This document shows, in pieces, positions 1 through 16,724 of a stretch of 64,000 nucleotides of DNA (positions within the stretch are counted from its first letter, which is position 1; the number at the start of each line of letters is the position of its first letter). Location: assembly GCA_949358305.1 (NCBI GenBank), contig OX442314.1:5456001-5520000 (forward strand), written 5' to 3'. The notes under the pieces were generated by a model, which saw nothing but the letters and a program-made list of their open reading frames with translations, did no database searches and had not been told where the DNA came from. Made by a program: the position numbers and the translations under genes. Origin of the DNA: Strigamia acuminata (lineage: Eukaryota).

Positions 1-1738
1 AGTAGCTGAAACTCAGCAGAAATAATATCATTGGGTATTCCTGTAACATAAAATAGTGTGTTTATAAATAAAGCTTATAAGTTAGAATTCATAATTACTC
101 TACCTAATGTATTATCACAGCAAGTAGATTCAGCTTGACTTGTTAGAATAATGTTATTATCTGTAAATTTTGTAAAATTATTATTGTTTTGAGTTATCAG
201 TTAAACAGAAAAATTAATAATTAAAATTAAAATTAATAATTTACCAGTACTCTGATTAATATCTCTATCGGACTGCTCATTTAATTCCTCTGTGTTGCCA
301 TTGTTGTCATTAACAATACTTGTACACGGTGTTTCTATACTTGTACACGGTGTTTCTTCTACATTAGGGTTTCAAAAAAATATATTATTGATAAATTATT
401 TTTTTTAAATAGCAAACCTAAATCGTAATAATGTTGAAAATAAGCACTTGTTGATTGGCAACGTTGAAATAATTTTAAACGTGCTTCTACATTCATTTGA
501 TCCCGATGTTGCGGTGCTCTGGGATCATAGCAGTCTGTTGTAGGTTTTTTTGTTTTGGCACGTTTAACCTGGCCCTATAATAACAGGTAATTTTAATATT
601 ATTGAAAAATAATTTAGAGGTCGTCCATAAGAGGGGGTTTCAAATTTTGTTACAGGTTGTTACGATGGAAAGGGGGGGCTTCTTAAAAATGTTACGTAAC
701 AAAAAGTGAAAATTTTACTTTTATTGTTTCAATGTATTATTATTGTAAATTTTAAATTTTTGTAAAAAAATTTAAAATTTTTCAAAATTTTTTTTTTACA
801 TTTTTGAAATTTTTTTTTCAATTTTTGAAATTTTGTTGAAATTTTTGTAAAAATTTTGTTGAAATTTTTGTAAAAATTTTTAAATTTTTGTAAACATTTT
901 TTTAATTTTTGTAAAAAATTTTTAAATTTTTGTAAAAAATTTTAAGTTTTTGTAAAATTTTGTATTATAAGCTTGGATCAAAATTTTTTTTTTTTGGGGG
1001 GGGGGGGGGGGTGGTAAGTTTTGTTATGTAATATTCTAGGGGGGGGGTTTGTGGATTTGTTACGACCTTGTTACAGGGGGGGAGGGGGTCTAAAAATCTA
1101 AAAATCAGCATTACATAATTTATGGATGGCCCCTTATAAATAATTACAAAAGTACAAAAGTAAATCAAACCTGGTCATGTCTCTGAACTGTAAGTTCACT
1201 TATCCTCTTCCCAGTGCCACTGCCTGTTGGTGCAACCCACTTACATAAAAGCTCTGTACAGCTTTTATCATCAGGAATAATTTCAATTTTTTTTTCTAAA
1301 AGAAATGCTAAAACTTCCAGTATTCCTCCAATGTGATGGCAAGATCCTGATAATCTTTTAAAAATTAAAAAACAAGTTATTAAAATTATAATTAGAGAAA
1401 AAAGTAGCTTAAAAAACTTACCCAGCTGGACAAGAACAGTGTGCATCTAAAATTTTTTCATGTGTTAAAGACACACACACACTGTGGGGATGTGGTCTTT
1501 GTGATGGCAGGACATCACATTTAACTACAGCATTTATTTGCTCATGTGGATTGTGCAAAATTAAAATTTTTTTTACATATCCACCATATGCATATTTGTA
1601 CCTCTTTTCTGAATTAATGAGTAGAAATTTTTCAATCCATTCTTTATTTAATGGTGGAAAATTTAAAAGACTTTTCCCCCAAATACCCTGGAATGACTTT
1701 AATAAAAGTGCAGTTGGAATATTTATCAAAGTTGTCAT
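1..1738 (-). CDS. Spliced SWIM zinc-finger protein, probably DNA-transposon-derived (type found with YqaJ-like exonuclease in ISL2EU/Kolobok-like elements); runs off the left edge
   Basis: GT-AG exons 1738-1422, 1354-1171 and 574-418 plus further small exons join in frame to give ...AHCSCPAGLSGSCHHIGGIL...KSCTELLCKW...YDPR (SWIM CxC-xn-CxH). No YqaJ domain is visible in the window. Confidence 0.55.
617..1133. mobile_element. PIF/Harbinger-like MITE in an intron of the SWIM gene
   Basis: Imperfect TIR GAGGTCGTCCATAA / TTATGGATGGCCCC flanked by TTA on both sides (614-616, 1134-1136); internal A/T-tract repeats. Confidence 0.7.
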
Positions 1739-2179
1739 CTTATTGTGAAATCCCACAAATGTAAGTTAGTAATTTTGTCTTCTAAAATGGTTCAGTGAAT
1801 TTGCAAACAGTGAATTTCTCAGATGTAAAATAACAAGACTTTCCTAGTTGAAGTAAAAATGTCAACTGATTTTATTCTATGTGAAAATCTGGTTATAACC
1901 AAAAAGGTGATAGTTTTCTCAGAAACGAGATCAAAAAGATAGAAAAGGGTTCAAAGAACTTTATACAATAAAAAAACGTCACTATATCTGGAGGCAGTTA
2001 CAAGTTTGGGGAGGAACACCAAATTGCATCAACCCTTTTCCCCCAAAACATGCAAAGGCAATACAGTTATCGTGGGACACACGACCCAAGTTGTGGTTAT
2101 GTATGTCGCCACCAGGTCGCGCTAAACAACTGCGCATGCGCAGTTTGGGATCGCGCAAATCGTGAATTCGCAGGCACTC

Positions 2180-3008
2180 CTCATTTGCAATTCTTGGGTT
2201 TTTGCCGCCATATTGGTTTTCACCAGGTCCCAAAGTGCCTTTGCACCTTTTGTGTTTGAGTATTTCAAAACTTGTGGTGCCGTCATGGTGCTGATCATCG
2301 TGAAGTGGGCCGCCGCGTTTTTATCATCCCAATCGTTCCAAGTTTTCTCTTTTGCGTCATAATCTGCTGCTCTTTGGACTCCACGCTGCGGTTCGGCTCC
2401 AATTATCACCTCTTTCCACAATTTCTTGGCCCTGAGGACTCCCTCCACTCTCGATTCCCATAGGAAATAATTCGCATCGTTTAATGGCTCAATGTTTGCC
2501 AAGCTCCAATTACCGGTGTCGCTCATCTTTGTTGGTTTCGTCTCAATTTGCACGTATTGTTCAACTTTTTCCTCCGTCTCGGTTCTGTGGCACAATCTCA
2601 ATATTGTTTAATTCACCTCGAATTGAATTGTTGCTCACAGTCTTTGTTAAAGCTGTTTCTCATCGTCTCGTATCGTGCACTTCAAGATGGCGCGTCGTTA
2701 CTCTCGGTTTTCGCCTCGTGGTTGCTCTCAACCGTCGCCTCGAATCTGCTCAAAACTTCTTGTTTTTCGGTCTCAATACCGTTTTTCTTCTATTCAGTGT
2801 GGCTGATGATTGTTCAACCATCCTCTGCTACCATTTGTTATGAATCAAGTAAAAACGGTTGAAGTTTAATACAGTTTAGAGCAACCTCACTGTTCTACAT
2901 CAAGTGAATGAGTGGGGAAAAAACACAGGAAGGATGTTCACTCCATATATGGTAGGAGTGTCACCACAGGATATAAAAAACTCAAACTACATTAATTACA
3001 CAATGACA
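2180..3008 (-). mobile_element. 5' fragment of a Ty1/Copia LTR retrotransposon (LTR 2836-3008, PBS, truncated gag)
   Basis: 173-bp TGT...ACA LTR followed by an 18-nt PBS; ORF IEPLNDANYFLWESRVEGVLRAKKLW...AKALWDLVK resembles Copia gag; similarity stops abruptly at ~2180. Confidence 0.85.
2816..2833 (-). promoter_or_regulatory. Primer-binding site complementary to the initiator tRNA-Met 3' end
   Basis: Plus strand AACCATCCTCTGCTACCA equals the 3' 18 nt of animal tRNAiMet; 2 nt from the LTR end. Confidence 0.9.
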
Positions 3009-3039
3009 TCAAGTGGTGATTTTCCACATCAAATATCCC

Positions 3040-5596
3040 AACACATTTGACATGCAGGTGAGAATGGGTGATGTATAGTAACAGCAATCAGAAAAATAAG
3101 AAAACATTTTCTTTGCAAGCTTTCCTTTTACAAAGACCAATTTACCACTTTGTAATTGTTCGGCTAAGACACACGAGCTATATGGTATTGCCAATCGTTT
3201 GATAGAAACTACCGATCCAACTGCTGATTGTCTGTGTCGACGTCCATGCGAACATTTAATATTTATAACATACACTGATGCGGGCATAGCAGATGGTAAA
3301 AACATTATATCTGTGTCACTAGCGATAACTAATGATAAAATCAACGTGTATGAAGAACGGTTCACGTATGACGTTATTGCTTTACTATCAGATTTAGGAG
3401 GCAATCTGGGCCTATTTCTCGGTCTATCTTTAACCTCGTTGCCTGAAATCGCTTGGTATCTAGCAAACATTCGGGAAAATAAAACGGTTAATAAGATTCA
3501 CCGTGTTTACGACAGATGCACAAAGAAAATAACCCAGAGTCAAGAGCTAATTAAAAGAAATGAAGTTTCACCTATTCTTAAGACAATTCTGGTTATAATT
3601 TGCTCGGGAGTAACTTTGTATTGCTTGCAAATTCGTTTAAACTACTACATTGAAAAACCGATAACAAAAATAGTGAGTGTAATTCCACGACACTTTACCC
3701 AATATCCAACGGTCACGGTCTGTGGCGAAACACAAGATGATGGTATTGATGAAGCCAGATTGAATTGGTTGAAACAAACTAAGAAGACCTGCAATCATGT
3801 ATCACCGTGGCAATTTTTCAATGGCAACCTGTCATTGGAAGACATCTGGAATACCCTCAATGTCCACGAAACAGTCTCTTTTGATAATGACGTAACTTAT
3901 ACGGTATATTCCTAAATATAATCATGACAAGAAAATTAGACTGAATTATTTTATATTTATAGCATTTTCTTGGATACAAAACAATACTTAACACATCAAA
4001 AATTCTCATTCCCCTTTTCTTTGGCCATTGTACACAAATAAATTCAGGCATGTACAGTACACGTAAAGCAGGTAATTTCACAAACACTTGGATTCAATCT
4101 CCTTTTCTCCAGAAAAATCAACCAACTTAAAGGTTCCCCTCCATGTTGCGTTTGAATTCCTAACTCCTCCTGAAGTATGTTACCAGCATATAAAGGTAAG
4201 CTAAAATCAATTGGATTTCTGTCAACCGGCAATGATGCACTGGATGGAATGAATCAATTTCATCTAACCTAAAACACCAGGTCACATGTTTTTAATTTTT
4301 TTTATTGTTCAGTTATTTCTAAATAACCCAGAAGAGGAAGTGAATCTTCTGGAACCATTAGATGTAATGTATGGATGGTCGAATGAAGCAACACTCCGAA
4401 TATTTAAAGTAACAAAACAAACAATTTACTGTGTACGAATACGGTAAATCATGTTTATACTGACCTTGATTTTATCAATTAGACTGTACGAATAAATACA
4501 AAGCGCAATCCATGTGAAGAAAACAAAACTGCTTATTTCAAGTGTAAAAATGCTTGCATGCGAAGCAATTTATTTCACAGTATTTACTGCAGGTATGGCA
4601 GATACGACACATTGCATGTTTGAATAATAGAGACAGGGACTTCGGATTGTTAGTTGTTGGCCTTTAATCCGTTGTCTAGGGGTCGGGGGTTCCCATCACC
4701 CGTGTCGACAATACCAACGGGTATGCCACACCAGCACGGTTGCTGGTGTGGCATAGGGTGTCAGCCCCTGAGTGGAGTGGTCGGGTAACACACAACAATC
4801 TGCTATACTCACCAATCCGACAGCCCATGTTGCTGCTGATGGAGGGTGCAACAGGCACATCGCCATGTTACTGAGCGTCACAGTGGTGAATGGGAGGAGA
4901 GCGAAGTCAGCACAGGGCACTGCTGCCCTTGCTGGCTGCAGGACCTGCCTAGTACATGTCTTGTCCCTGTGCAGCCTAAACTCTCTCTCTGTCTGTCTCT
5001 TCACCACACCACTCAGCTCCCTCCTTCTCTTACTGGGTCAGTCTACCCCGCAAGGGGGATGACCTTAGGGCCAGTGAGCAGTGTGTGGAGTGATGCAGGT
5101 CACCGTGGGTGGCCAAGCGGTCACGTTTATTAACATTTGCTTATTTTACACAAATTTAGATTTATATATTTTGTTGTCATCTCTCCATTAATGTATTATT
5201 TTTGCTTTTCAGATTACCCTATATGTCAGCATCAAATTTGCCATATTGCAACACTACAAGCGATGTTACTACTGCTCATAAAATGTACTTGAATAACTAC
5301 GACTCTAATCAAAAACAGTGCAAATGTAAACAACCTTGTGAAATTTTTTTTACCAAACTATTTTGCATGGGGCTAAGTTACCAGTCGATTTTTACACTTT
5401 TGTCACCTTTCGATTAGCTGACAGTTTCACCCAAACCATAGAAGAAAAACAGAAATATCCAATGTCTCAATTGTTAAGCGATATTGGCAGCATTCTAGGA
5501 TTAGGTTTGGGAATGTCATTACTATCTCTCTACATTTGCATTTTAAACAGCTTTAATTGGTTCAGAGTCGGCTTGGGTAGTCAATTTGAAAATTAA
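3040..5596 (+). pseudogene. Tandem double-domain DEG/ENaC channel, copy A (5' part absent or disrupted; frameshift in last exon)
   Basis: Exons ~3040-3057 (remnant), 3120-3903, 3963-4047, 4113-4195, 4313-4408, 4483-4592, 5213-5596 match copies B/C. Two TM2 motifs (LLSDLGGNLGLFLGLS; LLSDIGSILGLGLGMS). 1-nt deletion in the A3T8 run at 5341-5351; upstream homology lost at ~3040. Confidence 0.8.
4655..5125. mobile_element. Interspersed GC-rich repeat (putative solo-LTR family), copy 1, in last intron of copy A
   Basis: Colinear similarity with 40740-41215 (GGCCTTTAATC...TAGGGG; CTTAGGGCCA...GTGTGTGGAGTGATGCAGGTCACC...GTGGCCAAGCGGTCAC). Confidence 0.6.
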
Positions 5597-6855
5597 AAAC
5601 TCGCATAAAATTTTTTTAACTTTCTCCAGCCTGGAACGGGTAGGGGAGCACAGGTGTTACAAAAACGATGTTTCGGAATTGACACACAATAACGCACCCA
5701 TTGAAGAAATGCAGGAAGCATATATGGCGCACTACTATCTCTTTATTCACCATTAATTGACTATACGACATGTAATAGTAATTTTAAGTATCAATAAATC
5801 AGCTTCGTTTCCATGGTGTACTCGTTGGAATATTTGTGTGTCAAACAAACAGGTCAGTGCAAAGTAAACAAGTATTAATTCAAATTCAATTTCGAGCTTA
5901 AGCATTACTACAGCAGGTTTTTATGCAAAAAACAATTTGTTTTTATGCACATAAAATATGCACCAAAAATTTCATTTTATGCAATAAACAGTATAAAAAT
6001 ATGCAAAATAAAATAATTTAAAAATTGAGGATTAGCTTGCTTGCCTCAATAGTTTAGGTTGCAAGCTGAGTAGACTAACATTTCAAACCTTTTTTTCTCA
6101 AAACTTTTCAGTAAGAAATAATTCTTTTAAGAGCAGTTCTAGACTAATTAGATGGTCCTCTACAACTTTGCAATTGACATTTTTTTGCGTAGCATTGTTG
6201 GTTTAAAAGTTACGAGTTGCAAAACAGTGATGCAACAATGTCACATGAATTTAACATGTTTCATTGAGTTTGTCACATGTCGTTTACTTAAATTCATAAT
6301 CAAAAGTTTTTTTGAATTAACATGATTATAAAATAATTCACCTAGTAGGTGTTCGGCGATACACTCTGTATGCATACAGTATAGTACATTATTGCACATT
6401 TATTATTTAGTCATTCAAAATTATTAAATTATTATTTTCTCAATGGGTCATTATGACCGGTTTTGGCCGTTTGTAGGTAGGGGGAAATTCCAGCCGTTCT
6501 AGTGTTAACTAATTGACCTGAAAATTTGTCTCTAAACGCGTAATGCCTAATACCAAAACTTTACATTTTACACTTCATGCCTCTGAGAATTAATAAAATA
6601 TTATTAAAACGCTCAAAGGAAAAATTCTAAAAAAAAAAAACCGAGAAAACGAAAAATGCCCAAAAAAAAACAATAAAATTAAAAAAAAGGCCAGACATTA
6701 AAAACGCTGGCATGATACTGACCAGTTTATTTGAGGAACCACGGTACTGATATGTATTCCCTTCGTGTATGTTGGTTCCAAGTCAACCTATGCATATTAA
6801 TAGCTGAAAATGAGCAATAATAAAATAATAAAACAATAATAAATAATAAATAGGT

Positions 6856-7440
6856 CAGCGTTTCCCAAATGGTGAGGCGCGAGCTGATTTTTGGTGGGGC
6901 GCGATGCATCGCTCACAAAAAAAGTTTGTTTTTTTAAATTTTAACAATCAAACTAACTTATAGACATATGCCCTCCACCTAGAATAGTGCACTTGTCTTG
7001 TCGTCTAGAACAGTCTATTCTATCTAGACAATACACAACTGCTAAATTCAAATCTCTTTCAGTTTGTGTGCTCAATTCTATTATGGATAAATGGCTGATA
7101 AATAAGCCTTCATGCTCATAAAATTATATGTAAAATTGTATAAAATTTTATCCAATATATTTAGTACTGTACTGCCTCATTTAAACGCCCGGGCCTTTAA
7201 TTCTTTTTTTGGACCGACCCCCTCCCGGTAAAGTCGGTTCGGGGCGGCGCACGGTGCAATAAACGCCGCCCAAGCCCCGGCGTTTATTCGAGCCCGGCGT
7301 CTAAATGAACCCGGGCGTTTAAATGAGACAGTACGGTAGTTCATTTTTGAAAAATTTTTTGCACCGGGAGATGAAGTGGGGCGCGGAAGATCGCCTTGCT
7401 TAAAAATGGGGCGCGATGCTAAAAAGTTTGGGAACCCCTG
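6856..7440. mobile_element. hAT-type MITE
   Basis: CAGCGTTTCCCAAA / TTTGGGAACCCCTG termini with a perfect 8-bp TSD AAATAGGT (6848-6855, 7441-7448). Confidence 0.85.
7167..7336. mobile_element. Tc1/mariner-pogo-type MITE nested in the hAT MITE
   Basis: ~25-bp TIR CTGTACTGCCTCATTTAAACGCCCGG, TA on both sides; related copy at 42218-42386. Confidence 0.75.
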
Positions 7441-7661
7441 AAATAGGTAATAAATAAATAAAAAATAATAAAACACTAGACCGGTTCAGTTATCAGATGC
7501 TTTTCACGCTCTTCCTATTACCAATCTGTAGATATTAAATTACATTTCTATTAAACTTTTTCTTTTCTTAATTTATTTCCTATAGATTATTAGGTTTCAA
7601 ATTTATTTACATTTTTTAAAGTACACAATTTGTTATTTTTGTTATTTTTTTTAAAAAATAA

Positions 7662-11767
<4,106 letters not shown>

Positions 11768-12129
11768 GTCGGACGCCAGCGTTTTATGTATTTTTTTTTT
11801 TTTACACCTAATTCGAGTCAAGCACCATCATCCGCAGCGCCGTTGTGCCTAAATCAGAAAAGAAAAGCGATAGAAATTAGAAGTAAATTCGTTTTTCGGC
11901 CCCGATTTTCGCATCCCAAACGTCAAACCTTTTCCACGTCTTATTTTTCTTGCACAGCTGCATCACGGAGCGGAGTCGACTACAGATAGAATGGAGCCGG
12001 CTTTTAACGTGGGGTATCGTCCTGCGCGGAGATTTGTTTTCGATTGGTTCCATCTGGCGGCGGGGATTGGAAATATGTTTTGGCGCAAAATTCATCGATA
12101 AAGGGAGACACTTTTGGTTGGTTTTTAAC

Positions 12130-15100
12130 ATGGGGATACAAGGATTGATTCCGTTTTTAAAGAAGGCGTCGAGGAGGGTTAATTTGAAGGAGTTTTCGGG
12201 CTGCACAGCGGGGATCGACGCGTATTGCTGGCTGCACAAAGGCGCTTTTGGGTGCGCGGAGAAATTGGGCAAAGGACAAGCGACGGACGGGTAAGAAATG
12301 ACGAAAAAATGACGAAAAATCGACGAAAAGTCGTGAAAATTGGCGATTTGAGACTCGTATTTGATGGATTTATGTTTCAGATACGTTCGTTACTGCATTA
12401 AAATGGTTAATCTGCTGATTTCGATGAAAATCACGCCGATTTTGGTGTTTGACGGACGTCGTCTCCCCGCGAAACGAGGCGTGGAGCGCAGTCGGAGAGA
12501 GTAAGTTGGTTGGAAAGTGTTTTAAGATGTTTTTTTAAGGTTTTGTTTGTTTTAGGCAGCGAGAGAAAAATAAGAGAAAGGCGAAGGACTTTCTTAAAGA
12601 AGGGAAACTGAAGGAGGCGCGCGAATGTTTTCAGAGAAGTGTGGACATCACTCCCGAGATGGCGCTCGAAGTGATAAAAGTAAAATTGAATTTGATTTTG
12701 ACTGAAATTTAATATTTAGGTTAATTTTTTTTTGTTTCTTTTTAATTAGGCGTGTCAGTTGATCGGAGTGGATTGCATCGTGGCGCCGTACGAGGCGGAC
12801 GCGCAGTTGGCGTATTTGAATAAGGAGAAGATAATTCAACTCGTTATAACGGAAGATTCCGATTTGGTTTTATTCGGCTGCGATTACGTAATTTAGATTC
12901 ATAATTAAAAAAAAAAATCGAAATTTGATTTATTTTTCTCAAATTTTTTAATTTTTTAATTTTTTTAAATGTAATTTCGATTTTTTTTCCGATTTTTTTC
13001 GATTTTTTTCGATTTTTTCTCGATTTTTTCGATTTTTTTCGATTTCACACGATTTTAACTCTTTTTAGATACTATTCAAAATGGACGCGATGGGTTTCGG
13101 CGTTTTAATGGAGAAATCGCGTCTGCATTTGTGCATGGACGCGAATCCAGCCAACTTTACGTTCGACAAGTTCCGTTACATGTGCGTCATGTCCGGCTGC
13201 GACTATCTGCCGTCCCTGCCGGGCATCGGGCTGGCCAAATCGTGCAAATTCTTCATCCGCGTCACGAATTTAGACTTGAAACACGTAAAACAACCAAAAA
13301 TATTATTCAATTTTTTTAAATTTTAAATTTATTTCTTTATAGACACTCGGGAGGATTCCGTCGTACCTTCGAATGCCGCAGCTGAGCGTGAGCGACGAGT
13401 ACAAGGAGGGTTTCGAGCGTGCCGTCAACACGTATTTGCATCAGCTGGCCTTCGATCCGCGCTCGAGAAAACTGGTTCCGCTTAATCCGTATTCCGATGG
13501 TGATTCGGCTTCGGATTTCGATTACGCCGGACCGTAATGGATTTCATTAATTTTATTTTTTTGATTTTATTTAACAAAAATTATTATTTATTATTTTTTT
13601 AGGTATTTTTCGGACGACGTTGCTTATGAGCTGGCGCTGGGGAACGTTAACGTGGAAACGATGGAAAAAGTGGCGGGTTTCGATCCGAGGAAAGATGTGG
13701 GTGGATGAAATCAGTGATGCAGCACGGGTGGTGCTGGAACTCGGTGCCAAGATTTTTACACGCAAAATAAAAGTGCACTTTGTGCATAATAAATGCATTT
13801 TGCACATAAAATTTTGACGTAGAACTTCGTCCTAAGAGAACAGTTCTTTTTTAATGCTCTTTTGCAACCAAAGAATGCACTTTTGCAACTAAATAATGCA
13901 TTTCTTCGATAAAAAAGTGCATTTTTGTGTCTAAAAGTGCATTTTGTGACTAAAAAGTGCATTTTTGTGACTAAAAAGTGCATTTTTGGGACTAAAAAGT
14001 GCATTTTTGGGACTAAAAAGTGCATTTTTGGGACTAAAAAGTGCATTTTTGGGACTAAAAAGTGCATTTTTGTGACTAAAAAGTGCATTTTTGTGACTAA
14101 AAAGTGCATTTTTGGGACTAAAAAGTGCATTTTTGGGACTAAAAAGTGCATTTTGTGACTAAAAAGTGCATTTTTGGGACTAAAAAGTGCATTTTTGGGA
14201 CTAAAAAGTGCATTTTTGGGACTAAAAAGTGCATTTTTGGGACTAAAAAGTGCATTTTTGGGACTAAAAAGTGCATTTTTGGGACTAAAAAGTGCATTTT
14301 TGGGACTAAAAAGTGCATTTTTGGGACTAAAAAGTGCATTTTTGGGACTAAAAAGTGCATTTTTGTGACTAAAAAGTGCATTTTTGTGACTAAAAAGTGC
14401 ATTTTTGCAACTATAACGGCGTTTTTGTTTGAAAGTAGTTTGGTTTTACGTTAAAAAAGTTCACTTTTTACGAATAAAATGTGCGGACCCGCTCTGCACG
14501 CACCGGCTTATCCAAAACCACAACTGTGACTCCGATAAAACCAGTGCGAATTAAATATTCATTAAATATTAATTTTATTCACCCAATTTCAGTTGGTGAG
14601 TCAGAAAACGACTTCGTGGAACGACAAAAACTGCAAATCGACGCACACCAACAGCATCTGGAGCCCGAATTTCAGCAGAAACGCGTTCGACATGTCGCAA
14701 TGTCCGATCGAAGTGAAGAAATCGCCGACCAAGGGCAAAGAGGTCGTCGTCAACACCAAACCGTTCACGCTCATTTCCCGCAAGAAAATTGGTAAAAAAA
14801 AAATTAATTAAAAAAATTAATTTAAATTAAATGATTTTATTTAATTTTAATTTTTTTTTATTTTTTAGAGACGAATAATGTCGAAAGCGACGAGAAATTG
14901 CTCACCCAGTTCTACACGTCGACTCCGTCTCCGCCCAAGAAACGGAGCAGAACTGAATTCTCTCCGGAAAAAATAACCGACGACGAAAGAGTTCCGTCGA
15001 CCAAGTCGCTCTTGGATCGGATTTTGTCGGCCAGTAAGCAGACGCCGAATCGAGACAACCCGAAGACCCAAATTCCAACGCCGGAGCGAATCACTAGCAA

Positions 15101-16336
15101 GTGCGGAACAGAAAAATTTATCAAAAAATTTAAAAAAAAAAATGATTTATAAAATTTGTAACATTGTTTTAGGTATTTTTCAACGCCGACGAGGACCGAG
15201 GAACCGAAAGTCAGTTGGTTCGACGAAATCGCGAGCGAATACAACCAAAAAACACCGAAAAATGACAAAAACGGACAAAAATCGCCGGATAAAGGACAAA
15301 AATCGCCGGATAAAGGACAAAAATCACCGGGGAAAGGTCAAAAATCACCGGAAAACGTCGAGAACGGACGAAAACCCGTCGAAAACCGGCCAAAATCACC
15401 GAATAAAGTGGAGAACGAGGCGAGAATTGCGAAGAACGAGTCACCCGATAAGGAAAACGAGAGGACACCGATGTCGAATTTCGCTTGGAAGAAAATGACG
15501 ACCGCGAGCGAATGTTATTTCAGCCAAACTCCGTTTAAATCGCCGCGGTTCGTTCGTAAATTCTCGCTGGATTCGTCGCAGGGCTCGACCTGCTCGTCTG
15601 TTGTGAGTAATTCCGTCGACGACGATTCGTGCGAGTTGAGTCAAACATTGGACGATGAGTCCCTCAATACGGGAGATTTGCAAACCCCAAGACGGACGAA
15701 TTTCCTTCAACAATTCAGAAAAACAAACTCTGCGACTCCAAGTAAGTTTCTTGATTCTCAGAGATGTAAAAAATTTCACATTTTTGTTCAAAAATGCATT
15801 TTATGTGGAAAAAAATTGTATAAAATGCGTTATCAAGTGCAAAAGATGCATTTTATGCTCAAAAAATGCATTTCAGGCATAAAAAAGGCATCTTACGTCC
15901 AAAAAAATGCATTTGTACACGCAAATTTGTATTTTACGGGCTCAAAAAATGCATTTTTTTTAGCATAAAATGCAATTTTTTCATAAAATGCATTTTTTTC
16001 ATAAAATGTATTTTTTGGTGAATAAAATGCATTTTACATGCAAAAAATGCATTTCGTGCACAGAAAATGCTAGTTCTGCTCACAAAAATGCATTTTAAGG
16101 CTCATAAGATGCACGATTGTGTGTAAAAATGCATTTTCAAGTGCAAAAAATAAATTTAAATCACGTAACAACAACACTCGATTAAAATAACTAAAATAAC
16201 CCATTCAGAGAGAAAAAACACCCCGAAAACGTGTCGACAAACGGGCCTAAGCAAAACCAAACAAACCGATAAACGCCAGCTCAGCATCATCGACACCCTC
16301 AACAAATTCCGCTACGTCCCATCCCAAGCCAGCTAA
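12130..16336 (+). CDS. EXO1: Exonuclease 1 (XPG/Rad2 family), multi-exon
   Basis: [11 protein letters not shown]...[51 protein letters not shown]-terminal [16 protein letters not shown]-like motif; stop 16334-16336. Confidence 0.95.
13930..14405. repeat. 21-bp minisatellite (GGGACTAAAAAGTGCATTTTT)n in EXO1 intron
   Basis: About 22 near-identical units, bracketed by a decayed hAT-like inverted repeat (13712 CAGTGATGCAGCACGGGT / ~14487-14505). Confidence 0.95.
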
Positions 16337-16724
16337 GACAAAACAAAACCAAACTCCACTTGAAAACAACAACATTTATTCAAATAAATAATAAACTCAT
16401 CATTATTTATTTATTTCAAGCTTTAGATAATCACGTCATCAAAGTGGCCACCATCATCTTTTTTTTAATATTCATTCATAACAAATTGTGTAAATATAAA
16501 AAAAAAATAATAATACAAAACGCTTCGACAATAAATATTTTATGAACGATAACAAATGCATCCTTTGCCATTAAACGTTAATGAGCGCGATAAAAACCAG
16601 CGTTTGGGGCCTGCGTCAAGAGATCGAAAACAACTGAAAAAACGTCGTTAATGGGCGGATTTTTGCGTTGCGCATGCGTCAAAATCATAAAAAAGATGTC
16701 TTGATTCTTTTTTTTTAATAAAAA

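Noticed and set aside
4670..4710. Hairpin plus CTAG resembling a Helitron 3' end (minus strand)
   Set aside because: Homology with the 40.7-kb copy continues beyond CTAG and there is no A|T insertion site.
6420..6510. piggyBac-like terminus (...CCGTTCTAGTG|TTAA)
   Set aside because: No partner terminus or ORF found; too fragmentary to annotate.
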